Made by a program: the position numbers and the translations under genes. The notes beneath the pieces are model-generated. The model was given only the letters and a program-made list of their open reading frames with translations, searched no databases and was not told where the DNA came from. DNA of 64,000 bases from Klebsiella phage Miami: sequence record MT701590.1, one strand, 5' to 3'. Every line of letters starts with the position of its first letter. Position 1 is the first letter of the stretch. Positions 9,252-19,161 of the stretch are shown here, piece by piece.

Positions 9252-11641
9252 GCAGCATTCGCCCTACCAATCGCGGTAATGGAGTGAGTATTCCTAACGA
9301 AGATCCGAGCATGGGTAATGGTTTCGGTTCACTGGCTACAGGAATGCAACAAAATAGCATGTACGGTCAACCGCAACAAATGTTTGATCCGTCTGCGATG
9401 ATGAAAATGATTTCAACAGGAGGTATGAGCAATAACCCAGCCTCCGGCGGTTGGGATTGGTCGAACGTAGATAGGCCGAAAAACCCTAATGCTGCATTCT
9501 TGGATGAGTTTTTAGGGCATCAGGAAGATGAACTCGAGCACGCGTTGAAAATGGAAGCGCAAGCTTACGCAACTAAATTCGCAGCGCGTATTATCAACGA
9601 CATTAAAACGAGAAACACAAGCGGGTATTATAAGTTCTTCCTTAACGCGTATAATATCTTTGCACTGGTCCCCGACGCCCCTCCTATGATGTGTCCTATC
9701 AGGGGGCGGTTCATAGAGGTTATCAAGAATACTCAGGCGGCGCAGTTGCGTATTGCGGGCCGTGGTGTGACATTCGGTGGTCGTGATTTCGCTTTACAGA
9801 TCATGGCGCAGAATCCACTTGATCAACGTCTGGTAGAAAACCTCTTCAGTACTGGTATTGCGAACGCCATGTTTTTAGAAATGGTGGATTGGTTTGCTAA
9901 AACGGCTGATGGCAGAGACGCATATAGCAAGCTAACTAATGAACTTAAGTTGACATTGACTAAATTACCTAAGTTCATTACTTACGCAGCGGAATGCTTC
10001 CAGTTCTTCAATATGGATAGCCCGTATAATGACCTGAGTCCAGTCCCTAAAACTTCCCCAAACCCAGATCAGAACATGAGTCAGTATGTGGTCAGATCGA
10101 CGTCAGGGAGTGGAGCGGAGTGGTTAGGGTTCCAGCATTCTACAGAATCTCAACAGCAGAAGGAGATCAGGGAGATCAACGAATGGGTAGCGAATAATCT
10201 TCGCCAACGCCAAGAGTACCAATACCAGCAAGCCCAGCAACAAACTCCCGACGCGGCATATTGGTGTGGTCAGCAGACTCAGCAACAGTATAGTTTTGGG
10301 GAACTTCATACTAAACGTGTTGATTTCGAAAACGTTAATCCCGATAACGTGGCGGATTTCTCTTTAGAGAACTTCAAACGTATCCCGGGGACAGATAAAT
10401 ACGTTGTCGATGAAACCACTTGGAGTTATTTCTCCAAGGCGTTCAAACGAGCCTATCGTCCCTATGGTGAACTTTTTGCCGGAACATACGGAATACGAGT
10501 CGTCAAGATCAATTTCGAGCTCAACGACGGTTGGGTGGACAATGTTCTGTTTATAGAAGGAGTGACTCCAGCCATGGCTTTAGCCAACCCAGCGATGCTA
10601 CTTCCGCATCTCGAGACTGACCAGCAAGGCAACGTGGTCATCGTCGATGAAGTGGTCCTACCAAAAGAGAAGGACGAAGAAACTGGCATTGAAATGGTTC
10701 CGTTACAGAAAGTTAAAGTGATGGAACACGCCCCGACAGCGGTTGTTGTTCCCGAGGTTGTCACAGGTGATAGCTTTGGAAATATCGAGACCGTAATCGA
10801 CACCATGTTCGATACCGTTAAACCGTCAACATCCGGATTGTTCGGTGTTGCCATCCCGGTAGAGAACTGGAAACGTTTCTTCGTAGAAGACAGCACAATC
10901 GTAGAAGAAATCTACCTTCGTTTACCTTGGCTGGTTAAAGGTAACGGCGGCGGTACTCCACCTACGTTCTTTGATTTCGTTTCAGAGATACAAAAGACGA
11001 TGGATCATTATATCGGTTGTGATGAACTTCGTGGATTTGTTGAAACTCATATCACTGACACGGTTAACCGTTGGTTGGTTGATACGAGAGGTTACGGCGG
11101 CAATCGTGACGATCAATATCGCTTCAGAATTAATGGGATCTTCAGCAATCTCAAGAATCTGATTAATCACTTAGAGAAAAACGATCCCGACACGTTCAGT
11201 GTTTTGATCGATCCTAAGCGGTTTAAGCGACTCTTTACTAAGTGTAAACTGTTTGCACCGCGTGAGACACGTTCAGCGCTCTTGAATGGCGCTCTGCCGA
11301 GTTCTCCAACTCAGGCTGCGATAGCTAAGGAAAATGATAAGAAAGCTATGGTCGTCCTTACAGACGTCGTAGTGACCCGTATCGGCAATATCCTCGCACC
11401 TAATACACAAAAGACCGTTATCAACGTAAAACGTTCAGCGTTCCCAGAGATGTTCTCTTTAATCGAACGTTCATTTGGGAAAACCTCCGATCTGTTACCA
11501 GAAGGTGTTGAACAGGTACTGTCTTTTGTCAGTGACGATAGTCTTTGGACTTTCAACACATCAGGATTTGATTCCAACGTCGCAGTTATGCGTAAGGTAC
11601 CCAGAACCCAAGGCATGCTTAATTTTAAATTAATTGAATAA
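9248..11641 (+). CDS. hypothetical large structural protein with Gly/Gln/Met-rich N-terminus and a short Q-rich tract (797 aa)
   Basis: Translationally coupled to the upstream ORF. Low-complexity N-terminus (GNGFGSLATGMQQNSMYGQPQQ) and a QEYQYQQAQQQ...GQQTQQQY tract. Confidence 0.5.
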   Translation: MSSIRPTNRGNGVSIPNEDPSMGNGFGSLATGMQQNSMYGQPQQMFDPSAMMKMISTGGMSNNPASGGWDWSNVDRPKNPNAAFLDEFLGHQEDELEHALKMEAQAYATKFAARIINDIKTRNTSGYYKFFLNAYNIFALVPDAPPMMCPIRGRFIEVIKNTQAAQLRIAGRGVTFGGRDFALQIMAQNPLDQRLVENLFSTGIANAMFLEMVDWFAKTADGRDAYSKLTNELKLTLTKLPKFITYAAECFQFFNMDSPYNDLSPVPKTSPNPDQNMSQYVVRSTSGSGAEWLGFQHSTESQQQKEIREINEWVANNLRQRQEYQYQQAQQQTPDAAYWCGQQTQQQYSFGELHTKRVDFENVNPDNVADFSLENFKRIPGTDKYVVDETTWSYFSKAFKRAYRPYGELFAGTYGIRVVKINFELNDGWVDNVLFIEGVTPAMALANPAMLLPHLETDQQGNVVIVDEVVLPKEKDEETGIEMVPLQKVKVMEHAPTAVVVPEVVTGDSFGNIETVIDTMFDTVKPSTSGLFGVAIPVENWKRFFVEDSTIVEEIYLRLPWLVKGNGGGTPPTFFDFVSEIQKTMDHYIGCDELRGFVETHITDTVNRWLVDTRGYGGNRDDQYRFRINGIFSNLKNLINHLEKNDPDTFSVLIDPKRFKRLFTKCKLFAPRETRSALLNGALPSSPTQAAIAKENDKKAMVVLTDVVVTRIGNILAPNTQKTVINVKRSAFPEMFSLIERSFGKTSDLLPEGVEQVLSFVSDDSLWTFNTSGFDSNVAVMRKVPRTQGMLNFKLIE

Positions 11642-11749
11642 CCCCACCATCCTAGAACCATTTAATCGATTAAGTAGTTACTATCGGATATCCTTCCTTA
11701 ACGGGAGGGTATCCCTTAATAACCATTTCCCACAAAAAAGGAATACGAA

Positions 11750-12385
11750 ATGAATCGTCCAATTTTTAAAATTAGTCAGCACGCGCAGTTGTCGATCCCG
11801 GCCCTCATCGATGTTACAGAAAATGAAGCGGAATGCTCGTCACTTGTTTACGGCCTCCATCCTTCCATGACCGGGGTATTCTCTGAACGCCAGAAGGATT
11901 CAATGGCAGAGAGTCTTTACCTAATGGGTCAGTACGCCGAAATCATTCCCAGGAATAAGCCGGAGTGTACGATTGATTATCATCCCATCACTAACGAGCA
12001 TTACCTTAAATCGTTTAAACATTATTACGAAGCATGGGTTGCTTTGGGTAGAGATGAAGTGGTGATGCAGGGAGCTACTGTTAGGGTTTCGTCGTTTTTA
12101 TTATTAAGGACTATGTTCAATGGGGTCATAGGAATTCTACCTTATCTCGACCCCAAAGGACATCGGATGCAAGCAAAGGAATACGCTAAATTAGACGATT
12201 TGGTTAAACTGACCTACGGCGTGCCCGCTGGGTCATTCTCGGCGACCCCCGATTACCAGGTTGTTCCTAAAATAGAGGTGCGGGAACAGATCGTGATGAG
12301 TTTTACTGACAAATACGGTAATGCAATCACCATCACCGGGAACGACAGAGAAAAGATGATCGAACAGATAGAAAAATTAAAGTAA
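11750..12385 (+). CDS. hypothetical protein (211 aa), head-module context
   Basis: ORF with AAAAGGAATA Shine-Dalgarno. Followed by a hairpin. Confidence 0.5.
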   Translation: MNRPIFKISQHAQLSIPALIDVTENEAECSSLVYGLHPSMTGVFSERQKDSMAESLYLMGQYAEIIPRNKPECTIDYHPITNEHYLKSFKHYYEAWVALGRDEVVMQGATVRVSSFLLLRTMFNGVIGILPYLDPKGHRMQAKEYAKLDDLVKLTYGVPAGSFSATPDYQVVPKIEVREQIVMSFTDKYGNAITITGNDREKMIEQIEKLK

Positions 12386-12391
12386 TCGTCT

Positions 12392-12447
12392 TCCCTACCA
12401 CTCCTTAACTGGGGTGGTAGGGAGTAAGAAAGCTTTAATTTTTTAAC
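12392..12447 (+). terminator. intrinsic terminator-like hairpin
   Basis: Stem tccctaccactcc / ggggtggtaggga with a 6-nt loop. T-rich stretch about 15 nt downstream. Confidence 0.45.
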
Positions 12448-12527
12448 ATGAAGATTTTTATAAGTCGATATCATTCAGGTGTATAAACAACAAGTATTTT
12501 AATTCTTATTCACTAAAGAGGTCCAAA

Positions 12528-13100
12528 ATGGAAATTCGTAAAGATATGATCAATGAAATCGCTGCTCGTATCATCTCTGGTTGCAACGACGTGGAAGCCA
12601 GTGTCCGCGAAAAGCTGCTGCGTAATTTGGTTAATGGTGAGATCTGGCAGTTCGAGCTCAATGAAACTGAGCAAGCGGAACTGATCGCGATCGTAAGCAA
12701 AGAGTTCGGTATTTCCGATCTGGTCTACGTCGAACCGCAGAAAAACATTTCTGAAGAAGATGTCGCCAAAGTCGCCGCCAGTGTTAACGGGCATGTCGAA
12801 CACAAATATCTGAATCTGCGAAATGCGATGGCGGTCGGTGCAGTACTCGGTGCTGGCGCGGCCATCTTAAAAGAAGGTGCGAACGCAATTAATGCCGGCG
12901 CTGGTGTGGTCGGCGCTGCTGTTTCTTACGGCGTGGGTTATCTGGCTGACAAGAAACAGATCGGTATGGGTAATCAGTACGCTGATGTCGCGGCAGGTAT
13001 TGTTGCCGGTGGCGTTATCGGTGGCGGCGCTGTATTTGGCGCGGGCTTTGTCGCCAAACGTTTCTTCAGCAATGAAGAAGTTGAAGTTGTTGCAGAGTAA
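12528..13100 (+). CDS. glycine-zipper protein 1 (190 aa): acidic N-terminal domain plus Gly/Ala-rich GxxxG hydrophobic C-terminal half
   Basis: AAAGAGG Shine-Dalgarno. Host-optimal codon usage like the capsid gene. C-terminal segment GAVLGAGAAILKEGANAINAGAGVVGAAVSYGVGYLADKK...GIVAGGVIGGGAVFGAGFVAKRF. Confidence 0.7.
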   Translation: MEIRKDMINEIAARIISGCNDVEASVREKLLRNLVNGEIWQFELNETEQAELIAIVSKEFGISDLVYVEPQKNISEEDVAKVAASVNGHVEHKYLNLRNAMAVGAVLGAGAAILKEGANAINAGAGVVGAAVSYGVGYLADKKQIGMGNQYADVAAGIVAGGVIGGGAVFGAGFVAKRFFSNEEVEVVAE

Positions 13101-13163
13101 TAAACGCATCTGAAATATCCGATGCATCTTAAATTAAACTATCAATAGTAAGGAAATACGATC

Positions 13164-13556
13164 ATGAAAAAAGAAAACACTGAACTGACTGGCGCTGAAC
13201 TCGACGAAGCTAAAGCAATGCTGGCTGTTGATGCAGAAACTTCCCTGTTCGACGACATCTGTGAAAAACTCGGTGGCTACGTAGCTACCGACAAACAGAA
13301 AAGCCACGTGAAAGCCGCAGTGATCGGTGGTGTTATCGGCACCGCTCTGAGCATGGCGACCAAACCGTCGGTCGGGACACTGGTCGGTGGCGTGGTTGGT
13401 ACCGCAGGCGGAGCTTATATCGGTAGCCGTCTCGCCGATGATCTGAGCGATCGTTTCATTGACAAACTACTCACCGGTGACATCGGCTTCGTGTGTAGCG
13501 CTATCGGCGCATCCATCGGCGGGGCATTAACCCCGAGCAAAGTCGAAGCGGACTAA
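13164..13556 (+). CDS. glycine-zipper protein 2 (130 aa), paralogue of protein 1
   Basis: AAGGAAATA Shine-Dalgarno. Same architecture and codon bias as protein 1. Segments AAVIGGVIGTALSMA...VGGVVGTAGGAYIGS...IGASIGGAL. Confidence 0.7.
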   Translation: MKKENTELTGAELDEAKAMLAVDAETSLFDDICEKLGGYVATDKQKSHVKAAVIGGVIGTALSMATKPSVGTLVGGVVGTAGGAYIGSRLADDLSDRFIDKLLTGDIGFVCSAIGASIGGALTPSKVEAD

Positions 13557-13624
13557 ATCATCCAGTTCGTTCCACTATCGTTAAATTTTAGGCAACTCAA
13601 CATCAAAACGTAAGAGGTAATATC

Positions 13625-14020
13625 ATGGATATGGCAAACAAACCTGCAGTTAACAAAGCTACCTTGTCAGAAGAAGAAATTCTGAAAATGCTGGCTGGTC
13701 ACAAATCCACCGATGCCAACTATCGCGTTGGTCGAATCGCTGGTGTGCTGGGCGCAGTCGTCGGCGGCGCACATCGCACTATCACTCAAGGCATCAAACC
13801 ATCAACTGTCGTCGGCGCAGTCGTCGGCGGATTAGTTGGATACAAAACCGGCAAGCTTGCGGATGGCTTCAGTGGCCTGACGGGAACGCATTCCCCGATC
13901 GCAGATGTCGGCGCATTCACGGCAGGTTACGGCGTGACTCTGGGCATGAGCGCCCTGGCGGCCACCTTCGATCAGTACATCACACCGCTGTACGAATCAG
14001 AAGAAGAAACCGAAGAATAA
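13625..14020 (+). CDS. glycine-zipper protein 3 (131 aa), paralogue of proteins 1 and 2
   Basis: AAGAGGTAA Shine-Dalgarno. Segments IAGVLGAVVGGAH...VVGAVVGGLVGYKTG. Acidic tail YESEEETEE. Biased codons. Confidence 0.7.
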   Translation: MDMANKPAVNKATLSEEEILKMLAGHKSTDANYRVGRIAGVLGAVVGGAHRTITQGIKPSTVVGAVVGGLVGYKTGKLADGFSGLTGTHSPIADVGAFTAGYGVTLGMSALAATFDQYITPLYESEEETEE

Positions 14021-14027
14021 GAAAGTT

Positions 14028-14078
14028 AACTCCTCTACCCTTACGGGTAGAGGAGTTACTTAATTACTTATTTTTTTA
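14028..14078. terminator. bidirectional intrinsic terminator
   Basis: Stem aactcctctaccc / gggtagaggagtt with loop ttac, followed by a T-run. Lies between convergent genes. Confidence 0.6.
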
Positions 14079-17042
14079 CTCTGGAAGGGTGTCATCAACT
14101 TGGAAGTCGTCTTTCTTATTGCCGTCTTCTTCTGTCTCTGTTTCTTCCTCGGTTTGGTTTTCTTCTTCGGAAGTGCCTGTTCCCGTCTCTTCTTCCTCAG
14201 TCGTTCCCCCTTCCCCAGGCAAATCTTCCTCTATAGAGAAATCGTCGTCTGTCTGAGTTCCCTCTTCAGGGGCACCCTCATCATCAGGTGGGGCGCCGAA
14301 CTCATCCGCCGGAGGCTGTTCCGCAGGCATGATCTTTTCCAAACGTTTAGCCAGTCGATCAGTCTCTTTATTCCAGGCCTTCATGAACTGTTCTAAGAAC
14401 ATTCCACTGTTGTCCACGTACTGAGATATGTTGTGGATTAACGAATAGACCCCGCCCTCTTTACCCTTGTTACCGATAAGATCGAACGGCATAGGGAGGT
14501 TGAATCGATCATAAAGTTCAATTAGATAAGTACTGCGAATAATGGATTTGACTTTCTCAATATCCAACCCGCCGCTACCATCAGTTTTGTTCATGATCTG
14601 TTCAATCAGACCGGAAGTCCCTGACATTTCAACCCACGAGTTTACAAACTGATTGACCGTATCGATTTTATCTTTCAGTTTGGTTACTGATTCCTGAGTA
14701 GCCGGAGTCGGTAAGGTCACGGTGAGGTTGTTGATAAAGTCAGCCAGGATAACTTCAACGATGTGCTCGTTAGTTCCCTCTATCTCTTCGCCGTTATCAG
14801 GTTTCCACAACGATTTGTTCTCGTTAATGGTGTCGACCAAACGATTCAACATAACCTGGTTAACCAACATATCCTTACGTTCGATCTCAGCAACAAAGTC
14901 GCCCAATACCTTCTGCCAGATCAATGTTTGGTTGCGGAGCATTTCCTGCTCGGCCAATGCTTCGACCTGGAAGTTGGTTCCTTCTTCTTTATCGTCCAAC
15001 CAAGTACGTTGGAGTTTAAAAGTGGAGGCGATGTTGTTGAGGAGGTTCTGTCTGGAGGTTTCGTCGATAGCTTTGAAGTTACCGCGTTCAACCGGTTCCA
15101 GAGTTATCTTGGGTCCGACCATCCACGGGTTACCGTTACTATTAACCTCAACGATCAGGGATTGAGTCTTCATTGCTTCAACAATGTCGGGCACTGAAAC
15201 AGTACCGGAGTTTACCACGTTGTGAAGCGTTGGGTTTACCCTGAAGAACTGCGCCCTGGCCGTAGCAATCGTACCATCCGGATCAACGTCGTCTTCTTCC
15301 AGATCAACCACTAAACGCTGACGGGTTTGAGCCTGATCCAAGTTAGCCAGAATGTCAGCAGTATCCAATGCTGCCAGACGACCGATATGGAGTTTAGCCT
15401 GGTTGGTTAAAGAAGAACCAATACCAAAGCTATTGTAGTCAAACGCGACGTAGGTGAAGTACTCTGCCGGAATGTAAAGAACCCGAACACCCTGTTGCTT
15501 GAAAGAACGAGCCAGGAAGATCTTCAGGTTAGCTTCAACCAATTCAACAGAAATATTTTTCCCACTCACCCCGGAAGCAATAGCCTGGATAAGGGATTTT
15601 TCTATTTGATCCTTCGATAACAGGGTGAATTCTGACATATCGAAGTCACAATCGGCACCTTGCTGAACTTTCTTCAGGTTAGCGATAAGTGCGTTGGTTC
15701 CACCTGTTTTATTAGGCGTGTCGATCTTATCTTTCTGACCCTTAGAAGACTGATAGAAGTTAAAGTCCCTTGTACTTTTTAAGAACTCTCCGTTAGACGG
15801 ATCAAGCAAAGCGAACCCACCAATGAGCTTAGTCCGATCACCTTCCATATGGACGGGAATAAAGGCTTCACTCGGAATATGGTACCGTAACGGAATTCCA
15901 TAAACTGAGGTGTCGTAAACCCCTGGGCTGCGGACACTGATAGTTTGACGATGCGGGTAACTACGATGCGGATAAAACTCATTCTGAAGAACTTCCAGTT
16001 GGCTTTCCGACAAGATCTGAGTTTTAGTATCGGCGTTAGGCGTCCCGTTCTTACGTTTAGCCTTAGAGTCGTCAGGCTCCTTATTCGACTTCTTAGGATC
16101 TTCCTTTTTCTTATCCTTGGTCGCCGTAGTCTCTTCTTCGCCTTCCTCACCTTTTTTCTCTAGGCGAGATTTAATAAGGGAAGCGAGATCTTCTGTCCCA
16201 CCGATGTCATTGACGATCTTCTTCGTTAAAACCTGATTCACGGAACGAAGAGCCAGAACCGCCGGGTTGTCAGTCAAGGTAATCCCGAACCCTTCCCCTT
16301 CATCATTCTCGATCAATTCGAATTCAGTTGAGGTATCTGGGGTGGAGTGACTAAACAAAGCCTCTAGCCCATGAACGACGTTATTGAGCTGTTTAGGACC
16401 CCTCACCAATCCTTTGTTGATGGCAAGAAACTTGCCGTCCACATTTTTAAATTGCTTCTCAATCTCTGGTTTTATCTGAGTGTTAATGTAACTTTCGTTA
16501 CCTGTCACTCCGTCTTCCCCAAACTGCTGACCGTTGATAAGGTGATCCAGCGCAGGTCTAGAGATGTTCAAAAGCACGTAGGATCCTGTGCCGAATAACC
16601 CATCTTTGATGAACTCCGGTAACAGCTTCTCGATTTTATAGTCGCTGGTATAGTAGGTTTCCGTCTTACGGAGCAACTCTTCATGCAGCTTAGTATTTTT
16701 AAATTGAGACCGCAAAGTATCGTGAGTAAGGATCCTTTCCTGTAATCCGTTCGGGTAGAGGAGAAGCGTCTTCCAGATTAATTCCGCACGCGAAACATAA
16801 GGTGTGATTTCCCTTAAGTCAGTTGCCGCATTGATATTGTTGGCAATGATATCGCTGATCTTTTTTAATTTGGAAGGTTGGACTTTACGTTCTTTCTCAT
16901 CTGTATTTCTGGTATGATCTCTCTCGTCCCGAACGAGGTTCCGAACGACGCTTTTTAACGAGGGGCTGATATTGTTTAAATTACCCCTGAGTTTGGTTTG
17001 ATCGAGGTAATCATATCCTCGGGTTGAACGCGTTCTATTCAT
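14076..17042 (-). CDS. large structural protein (988 aa) with an extremely acidic C-terminal tail of about 80 aa; possible portal protein
   Basis: Long minus-strand ORF inside the head module. No P-loop, so not a terminase. K-rich linker near residue 300. C-terminus is Glu/Asp/Thr-rich (EEETGTGTSEEENQTEEETETEED). The portal assignment comes from context only. Confidence 0.45.
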   Translation of the reverse strand: MNRTRSTRGYDYLDQTKLRGNLNNISPSLKSVVRNLVRDERDHTRNTDEKERKVQPSKLKKISDIIANNINAATDLREITPYVSRAELIWKTLLLYPNGLQERILTHDTLRSQFKNTKLHEELLRKTETYYTSDYKIEKLLPEFIKDGLFGTGSYVLLNISRPALDHLINGQQFGEDGVTGNESYINTQIKPEIEKQFKNVDGKFLAINKGLVRGPKQLNNVVHGLEALFSHSTPDTSTEFELIENDEGEGFGITLTDNPAVLALRSVNQVLTKKIVNDIGGTEDLASLIKSRLEKKGEEGEEETTATKDKKKEDPKKSNKEPDDSKAKRKNGTPNADTKTQILSESQLEVLQNEFYPHRSYPHRQTISVRSPGVYDTSVYGIPLRYHIPSEAFIPVHMEGDRTKLIGGFALLDPSNGEFLKSTRDFNFYQSSKGQKDKIDTPNKTGGTNALIANLKKVQQGADCDFDMSEFTLLSKDQIEKSLIQAIASGVSGKNISVELVEANLKIFLARSFKQQGVRVLYIPAEYFTYVAFDYNSFGIGSSLTNQAKLHIGRLAALDTADILANLDQAQTRQRLVVDLEEDDVDPDGTIATARAQFFRVNPTLHNVVNSGTVSVPDIVEAMKTQSLIVEVNSNGNPWMVGPKITLEPVERGNFKAIDETSRQNLLNNIASTFKLQRTWLDDKEEGTNFQVEALAEQEMLRNQTLIWQKVLGDFVAEIERKDMLVNQVMLNRLVDTINENKSLWKPDNGEEIEGTNEHIVEVILADFINNLTVTLPTPATQESVTKLKDKIDTVNQFVNSWVEMSGTSGLIEQIMNKTDGSGGLDIEKVKSIIRSTYLIELYDRFNLPMPFDLIGNKGKEGGVYSLIHNISQYVDNSGMFLEQFMKAWNKETDRLAKRLEKIMPAEQPPADEFGAPPDDEGAPEEGTQTDDDFSIEEDLPGEGGTTEEEETGTGTSEEENQTEEETETEEDGNKKDDFQVDDTLPE

Positions 17043-17067
17043 AAATGTAGACTCTTAGAGAAGACTC

Positions 17068-19155
17068 ATGGAAAATATTGATTTTAATGCGTATGTGGCG
17101 GATACGATAAGTTTGGTCAGAACCATGGTCGTCAAATGTGAAGCCATAGCGACTATAGATAACTCGTTGCTGACCTCCGCTGGTTACCCCGTCAGTGACG
17201 ATAAACGCACTTGGCGGTACTACCTTAACTTAAACGGCCAATATCACGCTGCTGATGTAAAGATGTACGTGTCCTCACTGGATACGGGTGAAGAGATTCT
17301 TTTTAGTAAAGAATCGTTAGAAGAACACCTTATTACTAAAAAGGCGTATCTTTCTTCCGGTTATTGGTATAACCGATTGGTAACTGATTATCCCGCGCAA
17401 CGAGAGCTAATAAATGGGATATTGGATCCTATCGCGTTAGATGACGCCATTGGAGCCAAGAACTATAAAATCCTTCGGTATAACGAAGACTTAGTTTTGT
17501 GGAATGAAGATCAGGTTATTCCGAGACTCCAGGATTGGATTGACGCGTTCTGCCATCAGCATTTCGGGACAGAATACTTTTACACAGATAACTTAATGCT
17601 CCCAGTAGTATTGGCTACGCTGTACGGATTAATGCCAGGGGCGTTAATGACGATCCGTGAAGAAGCCATAGGAACGAGGTACGTCCACGACTTCCATATC
17701 TGGGGGCGGTTAAATTCCTACGGTGATTTCACTCAGTATAAAAATGTGCTGAATGGGGTTCAGACTCTTTGGCTTTATCGCAATATTGAATGGTTGGCGG
17801 ATAATGCCGGGAAGAACTACACACTCGGTTTGCTCATTCAAAATCTGCTGACGGTAAGAGGGATACCTATCGCTGAGTTCGAGGTAACCTACAATACTGA
17901 AAATCAAATTGAAGATCTATCTCCAACGGTCGCCTTCATTAAGAACAACTTAAACTTACTCGATCGATATACCGACAAGCACAAAATTTATACTGCGGAA
18001 GAAATCATCGATAAAGAATCTCTTTTGGCTAAAGATAATCCGGCTCAACAAGAAATATATCTGGATGACATCAAAGCCAAGGGTAAGTTCGCGTTATTCT
18101 CCAGCATCCCGTCCAAGTTACTGGAATCGGAAATGGAGGACTATACCACTCGTCACGCTATTACGCTGATGAACTCCGCATATCACCATTGGGTTTATCT
18201 TGTCAAGAACGGTTATTACAACGCTGTTATTGACGTCCCTAACCCTAAAGAGGCGACTACCTTCAGATTGACCGTTAAAGAAGGCTTGATACTCTGGACG
18301 TATCTGACCAGAAGGATACGTGGCGAAGATCTCTCTTTAATGGAAGGTGTTTTTTATCAGAACGTATTAAAGATCACCCCGCCCACTTATTCCGAGTTAA
18401 GGGAAAAGGGTTCAAATTCCTTTTTATACGATTACCAGATAAAAGATGCCATCGAACTTCACGTCCCGTACGAAAAGATAATTTCTACTGATGCTTTTTA
18501 TCAAAAAGCAAAAGAGAATTATTTGCTGGCTTGGAAATACCAAAAGTTCTACGCTCAGTACCACGATCAGTTCCGTCAGGCGGTAGTTAAAAACGTAACG
18601 GACTCTTTCTTTGAGCGGGGCAAATGGGATATCAAAAGTGAAGTAACCTCTTTTGATACCTGGCTGGCTAACAAGGAATTGGATTTCTCTAATTATACTG
18701 ACGATGAGTTATTAGGGCTGGCTTGGGATACGTTCTCGTTAGCAACTGGCTGGGATAGTTCAAACGTAACGTTACGCACGCTGCAATCTAGTCTTATTAA
18801 GCTGATGCTGGAACTTTCTAGTTACACCATCCACGTTTACACGACTATTGACGACGGTAATAATACTATTGAAGCAGGGTCCCGCATAGATTTGGGGATC
18901 CGTAAGGATTCCTTCACCTCTACTATGGATAGTAGGGCGGTTCTGCTTCCGGCTATGTTGCACGTCGTACCTAATATCGACATGAAGGGCAAAACAACAT
19001 CCATCGTTGATTTTAATACTTACGGTGGTGTTGACACGGGGTCTGTTGGCGAAGCCACGTTGCCTCTCGATCCCGAGTTAGTAGAGAATACAACAAGGAA
19101 ATCCTCTTCCTACGGATTACTCCCCATGTTCTTTACACTCACTAACTCGGAATGA
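17068..19155 (+). CDS. hypothetical structural protein (695 aa)
   Basis: Long ORF divergent from the 988-aa gene. Unbiased codons. No motif recognised. Confidence 0.5.
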   Translation: MENIDFNAYVADTISLVRTMVVKCEAIATIDNSLLTSAGYPVSDDKRTWRYYLNLNGQYHAADVKMYVSSLDTGEEILFSKESLEEHLITKKAYLSSGYWYNRLVTDYPAQRELINGILDPIALDDAIGAKNYKILRYNEDLVLWNEDQVIPRLQDWIDAFCHQHFGTEYFYTDNLMLPVVLATLYGLMPGALMTIREEAIGTRYVHDFHIWGRLNSYGDFTQYKNVLNGVQTLWLYRNIEWLADNAGKNYTLGLLIQNLLTVRGIPIAEFEVTYNTENQIEDLSPTVAFIKNNLNLLDRYTDKHKIYTAEEIIDKESLLAKDNPAQQEIYLDDIKAKGKFALFSSIPSKLLESEMEDYTTRHAITLMNSAYHHWVYLVKNGYYNAVIDVPNPKEATTFRLTVKEGLILWTYLTRRIRGEDLSLMEGVFYQNVLKITPPTYSELREKGSNSFLYDYQIKDAIELHVPYEKIISTDAFYQKAKENYLLAWKYQKFYAQYHDQFRQAVVKNVTDSFFERGKWDIKSEVTSFDTWLANKELDFSNYTDDELLGLAWDTFSLATGWDSSNVTLRTLQSSLIKLMLELSSYTIHVYTTIDDGNNTIEAGSRIDLGIRKDSFTSTMDSRAVLLPAMLHVVPNIDMKGKTTSIVDFNTYGGVDTGSVGEATLPLDPELVENTTRKSSSYGLLPMFFTLTNSE

Positions 19156-19161
19156 TAAAAA

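Noticed and set aside
13625-13700. Bona fide double-glycine leader or bacteriocin precursor in glycine-zipper protein 3
   Set aside because: The leader-like segment ends in AG rather than GG. It sits about 25 residues from the N-terminus. No C39 peptidase or ABC exporter gene is present in the window. It is kept only as a weak resemblance within the main finding.
14722-15197. Two plus-strand ORFs (147 and 144 aa) inside the 988-aa minus-strand gene
   Set aside because: They lie antisense to a long, well-supported CDS. They have no start context and a low-complexity composition.
17068-19155. Assignment of the 695-aa protein as tail sheath, with 19162-19569 as tail tube
   Set aside because: The gene order is suggestive. 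But the 695-aa gene has unbiased codons, unlike the abundant capsid gene, and I see no sheath motifs. It is left as hypothetical.
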